A DNA stretch of 64,000 nucleotides, taken from assembly GCA_037127815.1 (NCBI GenBank), contig JBAXXP010000001.1, positions 104,174-168,173 of the forward strand. The letters are read 5' to 3'. Each line of letters starts with the position of its first letter. Position 1 is the first letter of the stretch. A program made the position numbers and the translations under genes. Positions 59,356-64,000 of this stretch are shown here, in pieces. A model generated the notes under the pieces. It did not search any database. It had not been told where the DNA came from and saw only the letters and a list, made by a program, of their open reading frames with translations. This DNA is from a bacterium. Its GTDB lineage: Bacteria > Patescibacteriota > Minisyncoccia > Phycocordibacterales > CAIZLB01.

Positions 59356-60194
59356 TGAAAAATTCTAATTCTCATAATAAAGTTTTAATACTTGGTGCGA
59401 TATGTATTTCAATTCTAGCTGGAGTTCTATCTTACAGAATTGCAGATATTAAAAATCAGCAAGACTTAAATAAGCGACCAAAAATTTCTGATGTTTTTGA
59501 CATAACGGGGGAAAAAGAGGACCCTACAACCAACAGAATTTTAACAGCCATAGATAATTCAAACAATTCACTTGAAGCATTGTTACCCCAAGTTGATCCA
59601 TTCACAATAACAGATAGTGATTCAGCAACAGCGAGAATGGCAAAACAAGTTTATTCTGACTATGTTAATCAAGAGGCAGGAAACTCTGATCTAACCGTAG
59701 CAGACATAGCCCAGAATGCCTTAGGTCAAATGTCAGGTTCAGACATGCCAAGGCTTAAGTATAATTTTAATAATATTACACTAACCGAGAGGTCTGATAG
59801 TGAGGATTTGAGACTTTATGGAAATAATTTTGCGGAAATATATACCAGAAATTTAAACTTAGTCGCACAGAATCAACAAAAATACTCAAATAGCTTAGCA
59901 GCATTGGCGGATGTTTATGAGAATATAAGCAAGGAATTACTCAAAATTAAATGTCCAATCGGTCTTTCTTCGTATCATCTAACAGTTGTAAATAATTTTC
60001 AAGTTCTAGCTGACTCATTTAGATTAATAGACATGCAAAGTCAAGATCCTGTTAAATCTCTTCTTGGTGTTAAATCAGCCAAGGAAGCAGGAGCCGAAAA
60101 CGATCAAATGTTTATAAATATTAGTAAGTATTTTAAAAAGAATGGTATAATTTTTAGCAATAATGAAATAGGGGTGATATGGAACTCCAACTAA
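59355..60194 (+). CDS. hypothetical membrane-anchored protein
   Basis: N-terminal TM; start overlaps the rsmA stop. Confidence 0.75.
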   Translation: MKNSNSHNKVLILGAICISILAGVLSYRIADIKNQQDLNKRPKISDVFDITGEKEDPTTNRILTAIDNSNNSLEALLPQVDPFTITDSDSATARMAKQVYSDYVNQEAGNSDLTVADIAQNALGQMSGSDMPRLKYNFNNITLTERSDSEDLRLYGNNFAEIYTRNLNLVAQNQQKYSNSLAALADVYENISKELLKIKCPIGLSSYHLTVVNNFQVLADSFRLIDMQSQDPVKSLLGVKSAKEAGAENDQMFINISKYFKKNGIIFSNNEIGVIWNSN

Positions 60195-60204
60195 ACAATT
60201 AAAA

Positions 60205-62034
60205 ATGAACAAAACAAAAGACAGCAATATTTGCAAAAAAGATGGTGGAAAAAAAATTGGCATAGTAATATTTTTTTCTTTAGCTTTTTTAATTTTTAGT
60301 TTGGGTGTCGCCAGTGCTCAAACAAATCTTACGGACAACCCACTTTTAAATCTAGCTCCTGAACCACCAGCTGCATCAACTCAAACCAAAGTAGACACAG
60401 CAGGAGCTCCAAAAGCAACAGTAGTTACAGAGGGTGCACCAAAAGCAACAATTGTTGATGAAAGTGGGGCCAGTAACGCTTCAGCAAATAAAAGTAATAC
60501 TGGAACAACGGCGGCCGCACCAGGTGGAGCAGCATCCTCTGTAACATCAACTGGAGCTTGCGTTGGTGGTCAAATGCTTGCAAAACTAATGACAAGCGCC
60601 ATTTCAGCTGGAATAGGCGCCTTAAAAGGAGGAACAATGGGTGTTGCAGAACGTTTGTTAAATGTACCATCAACAAACGCACTAACGGAGTCAGCAAGAA
60701 ACCAGGAAGCTAAATTAAATGCTGAAAATGGTATATTTATTTTTGGTGTTCAAACTGGAATAAGTTGGGATGGAATTGCATACTGTATTGTAAACACAGT
60801 AATAGATTATATTGTTAATTCAACAATTCAATGGGCAAACTCAGGATTCAAAGGAAACCCTGCCTTTATCAGAAACCCTCAGCAATTTTTTAAGGGATTA
60901 GCAGACCAAACAGCAGCACAATTTATTAGAGAGGTTGCGTATAATGAAACAGGTATAGATGTCTGTAAGCCATTTAGAGTTGTAATTGCAACAGGTTTAG
61001 CTGGTAGTTATTCTAATTTAACAAACGGAAAGTCTATACAGTCTTGTTCACTATCACAAATGCAGCAAACAGCAATGCAGTCAGGAAAATATTCAATAAC
61101 AACCCCTACGGATTGGATTGCTTTAACAAAACCTCAGAACAATAAGTATTATTCATATATAAACGCAGGGGAAGAGATGAGCAAAAGAGTTGCTGTCAAA
61201 AATAACACAGCAAGACTTGACCTTTCAATAAACAGAGGGTTTCTTAGTTACAAAAAATGTAAAGATGAAAGCAAGCCAGAAAGCAAAACAAACCCTTGTG
61301 ACACACTAACACCGGGATCAATGATTGCTGATTCGCTGTCTACAACACTAAATATACCAAAAAACAGACTTGTATCAGCTCAAAAATTTGATCAAATGGT
61401 TGATGCGATTGTGAACAACCTGATAAAGATAGCGTTGAGCAAGACGCTTGAAAGCGTAACTGGACAGGCCCCAACAGCCGCTGTTCAATCAGACTATTAT
61501 AATATAGTAGCAAACAACGCAACAGCTTATAATGCTGCAAATATACCTACAGGCCCAGTTGGGCAAGGTGGAACTATAGGTACTTCCGGAGGGCCTCTTC
61601 TTCAGCAAATATTGAGTGGTGCCACTTTTTCTAATAACGATTGGAATACCTATGCCGTACAACAATTGGTTGCATCGGGTATAGCCAACCTACCAGTTAG
61701 TGATGCTTCAACATATTTTTCAGGCGGGGTACCATCAGTTCAAGGATACTTAAGTATAATGGCAGCAATAGCACAAAAAGAATCTGGTGGTCAAGCAAAA
61801 CCAGCAAGATACCAGGAGACAAAGATTGGTAATGGTACCACATATTCAGTGGGATTAATGAGTCTAACACCCGGAGATTTGGGCACAGGAAATATGACAT
61901 ACGATGACCTAGAAGATCCATATAACAACATTAGAATTGCCGTAGGAATTATGGCCAACTTAGTAAGAAAATATGGTGTTCTTCATGGGCCAAACAACAC
62001 AGGATTATCAGCATATTGGTCAACGTTTAGATAG
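60205..62034 (+). CDS. secreted protein with C-terminal lytic transglycosylase (SLT)-like domain
   Basis: signal peptide; AIAQKESGG, GLMSL, LEDPYNNI motifs. Confidence 0.75.
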   Translation: MNKTKDSNICKKDGGKKIGIVIFFSLAFLIFSLGVASAQTNLTDNPLLNLAPEPPAASTQTKVDTAGAPKATVVTEGAPKATIVDESGASNASANKSNTGTTAAAPGGAASSVTSTGACVGGQMLAKLMTSAISAGIGALKGGTMGVAERLLNVPSTNALTESARNQEAKLNAENGIFIFGVQTGISWDGIAYCIVNTVIDYIVNSTIQWANSGFKGNPAFIRNPQQFFKGLADQTAAQFIREVAYNETGIDVCKPFRVVIATGLAGSYSNLTNGKSIQSCSLSQMQQTAMQSGKYSITTPTDWIALTKPQNNKYYSYINAGEEMSKRVAVKNNTARLDLSINRGFLSYKKCKDESKPESKTNPCDTLTPGSMIADSLSTTLNIPKNRLVSAQKFDQMVDAIVNNLIKIALSKTLESVTGQAPTAAVQSDYYNIVANNATAYNAANIPTGPVGQGGTIGTSGGPLLQQILSGATFSNNDWNTYAVQQLVASGIANLPVSDASTYFSGGVPSVQGYLSIMAAIAQKESGGQAKPARYQETKIGNGTTYSVGLMSLTPGDLGTGNMTYDDLEDPYNNIRIAVGIMANLVRKYGVLHGPNNTGLSAYWSTFR

Positions 62035-62116
62035 GGATAATGTGTAAGTTAAAAATAACCAAAATGGTTAATAAACAACTTATTATTTTTTTAAAGATGG
62101 TATATAATATTAACGA

Positions 62117-64000
62117 ATGAATCTGTTTAAAAACACAACAATAAAAACAAAAGTTTCTTTAGTGGTGGTGTTTTTATTCTTATTTTTAACACACAATAAA
62201 GTGGTATCGGCTAGTCCGTTCGATGACCAAGTTAAAGCTGCAACACAGCAGGAGTCTGGGATTGTTAAAGACTCTAATGGCCAAATAAGTACAGCACCAG
62301 TAGGGTGGTTCTCAACTAACTATGGCGAACTATACAATGCGGCGACCCCTGAAAAAAAAGCATTGATGACTCCAGAGATGTCAAAGTTATATGACACTAT
62401 ATTACCTTTAGAACAACAACTTATTGGTCTAAATAATGATGCGAATGCAGGCAATCAAAGCCAAAGAACACAACTTGCTTTATCAATTGCACAAGCAAAA
62501 GTAGCCTTTAAGACAAACCTTGGTCTTGGTGCTACAACCGAAGAAGCTACTGCTGCACAACTTCAAGGTCAGGTTATTTTTTGTCTAGGTGGATCCGGCG
62601 TCATTCCAACATTGAATATCCCTGGATGTATTGCAATCGTATCATATGAAATACTATATTTAACATCTTGGGTTCTTTGGGTTGCAGCACTGATGTTTGA
62701 TTGGACAATTGCATGGAGCCTTTCCATGCGAGATATTGTTAACAGCTTTGCCGCAATACAATATGGATGGGAGACCTTTAGAAATGTTATTAACTTGTTC
62801 TTCATACTTATTCTTGTTTACATATCTATAGCTACAATACTTCAAATAAGTGGATATGGTTACAAGCAATTACTTGGAAAATTGGTTATTGCAGCTTTTT
62901 TAATTAACTTTAGTATGTTCTTTACTGAAATTATAATAGATCTAAGTAATATGACAGCCCTTGTTTTCTATAAGCAAATAATGGTCGATGCAGATAAGTT
63001 TGCGTCCTTAGGATCAGCTGGAGCACCAGGCGGAGCTTCTACTACAACAAATCAAAACCTTTCTCTTGGAATAATGAATGCACTTGGTTTGCAGACAATT
63101 TGGGGTGTAGGCCAAGCCAATAAAGGACTTGGTACGGCTTCTTCATCACAAACACAAGGAAACAATCCGGCTGTAACTGGGGGAGGAAGTGTTGCTGCAG
63201 CTGGAACTGGTCAGGCTGCTATTATTGACCCTTGGAAGATGACTCTTGTTGGTCTTGGTGGATCTGTCTTCATACTAATCCTGTCTTTTATTTTCTTTGC
63301 TGCTTCCTTAATGTTTATGGTAAGGGTACTTATATTAATTATTCTTATAATTACCTCACCAATCGCATTTTCAGCAAACGTGCTACCTGGTACAAAATTC
63401 TTGTCCGATAAATGGTGGAAACAACTCAATAGTAATGTTTTGTTTGCACCCGTCTACATGGCTTTAATGTTTATTACATTAAAAATGATTTGGGGAGGAA
63501 GTAATCATGTTACAAACTTGCTGTCCTTGCTTGCTAACGAGAGCGCAAGTGGTATGCAATCTATAGTATTCTTCTTGTTACTATCTGCCATGTTGGTTGC
63601 CTGCCTTACTGTAGCGTCATCCTTAGGTGCAACAGGGTCTAAGACAATGCAAAGCTGGGGAAAGAGTGCTAGTTCAGGTGCAAAGAAGTTTGCAATAAAC
63701 AGAGCGGCAGCTCCAGTTAGTTACATAGCAGACAAGGCATCTAAAAATGCTTTTATAGCAAGAAATGCACCTATACTTCTTCAGGGCGCAGACAAACTTG
63801 CTCAAGCAAAACTTGGTGGAACTTCAACATATAGATCTAGAGTTGCTGATGACAAAAAGATGTATCAAGCAAGAGGGGATTTAGTTAAAAATGCAGTTAC
63901 AGGAGAGCTTATCAGAGGTAGAAACGAAAGCTTAAAAGCTTTTGATGATAGAAAGAAAAACCAAACAGAAGCCGGGGAGATGGCACAAAGGAAACAATTA
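62117..64000 (+). CDS. VirB6/TrbL-like polytopic membrane protein (runs off window, absent from ORF track)
   Basis: ATG at 62117, signal peptide, GWETFRNVINLFFIL..IATIL and LINFS.F...IID.SN, many TM segments. Confidence 0.75.
   Translation, partial: MNLFKNTTIKTKVSLVVVFLFLFLTHNKVVSASPFDDQVKAATQQESGIVKDSNGQISTAPVGWFSTNYGELYNAATPEKKALMTPEMSKLYDTILPLEQQLIGLNNDANAGNQSQRTQLALSIAQAKVAFKTNLGLGATTEEATAAQLQGQVIFCLGGSGVIPTLNIPGCIAIVSYEILYLTSWVLWVAALMFDWTIAWSLSMRDIVNSFAAIQYGWETFRNVINLFFILILVYISIATILQISGYGYKQLLGKLVIAAFLINFSMFFTEIIIDLSNMTALVFYKQIMVDADKFASLGSAGAPGGASTTTNQNLSLGIMNALGLQTIWGVGQANKGLGTASSSQTQGNNPAVTGGGSVAAAGTGQAAIIDPWKMTLVGLGGSVFILILSFIFFAASLMFMVRVLILIILIITSPIAFSANVLPGTKFLSDKWWKQLNSNVLFAPVYMALMFITLKMIWGGSNHVTNLLSLLANESASGMQSIVFFLLLSAMLVACLTVASSLGATGSKTMQSWGKSASSGAKKFAINRAAAPVSYIADKASKNAFIARNAPILLQGADKLAQAKLGGTSTYRSRVADDKKMYQARGDLVKNAVTGELIRGRNESLKAFDDRKKNQTEAGEMAQRKQL

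Noticed and set aside
1354-63429. Numerous short ORF-track entries overlapping conserved genes
   Set aside because: Shadow ORFs, antisense or out of frame to well-supported CDSs
1-64000. CRISPR array, IS/prophage, rRNA, or genetic code 25
   Set aside because: No spaced direct repeats, transposase, phage structural or rRNA sequence seen; conserved genes are uninterrupted in code 11

Overview
Chromosomal segment of an AT-rich Patescibacteria (CPR) bacterium, most likely Parcubacteria, read in genetic code 11. The taxon is inferred from TrmB-like, pilin, VirB6-like and split ComEC genes, a reduced trigger factor and no evident Shine-Dalgarno sequences. The left ~35 kb is mostly minus-strand: a fragmented str/S10/spc ribosomal cluster, split comEC, rnhA-recJ, pgk-tpiA, a type IV pilus cluster and an ABC exporter. 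The right part is mostly plus-strand: nusA, ppa, tig, clpP, rny, HU, four tRNAs, a DnaA-box/parS-rich oriC candidate, cca, xth-xer, rpsO, dksA-like, comM, pcrA, rsmA and the start of a T4SS-like locus. The main discovery lies between fusA and tuf: a promoter-driven minus-strand cassette in which two type III hammerhead ribozymes (10440-10494 and 10032-10091) flank a 79-aa orphan ORF. Double self-cleavage would excise a 405-nt RNA with ligatable ends, i.e. a possible retrozyme-like circular mRNA. Other candidates are a divergent structured ncRNA, a tandem orphan-gene pair with a covarying leader inside the S10 operon, a ~380-nt ncRNA with four operator-like repeats, and widespread leaderless and bidirectional promoters. 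All calls are by eye; no searches or folding programs were run.
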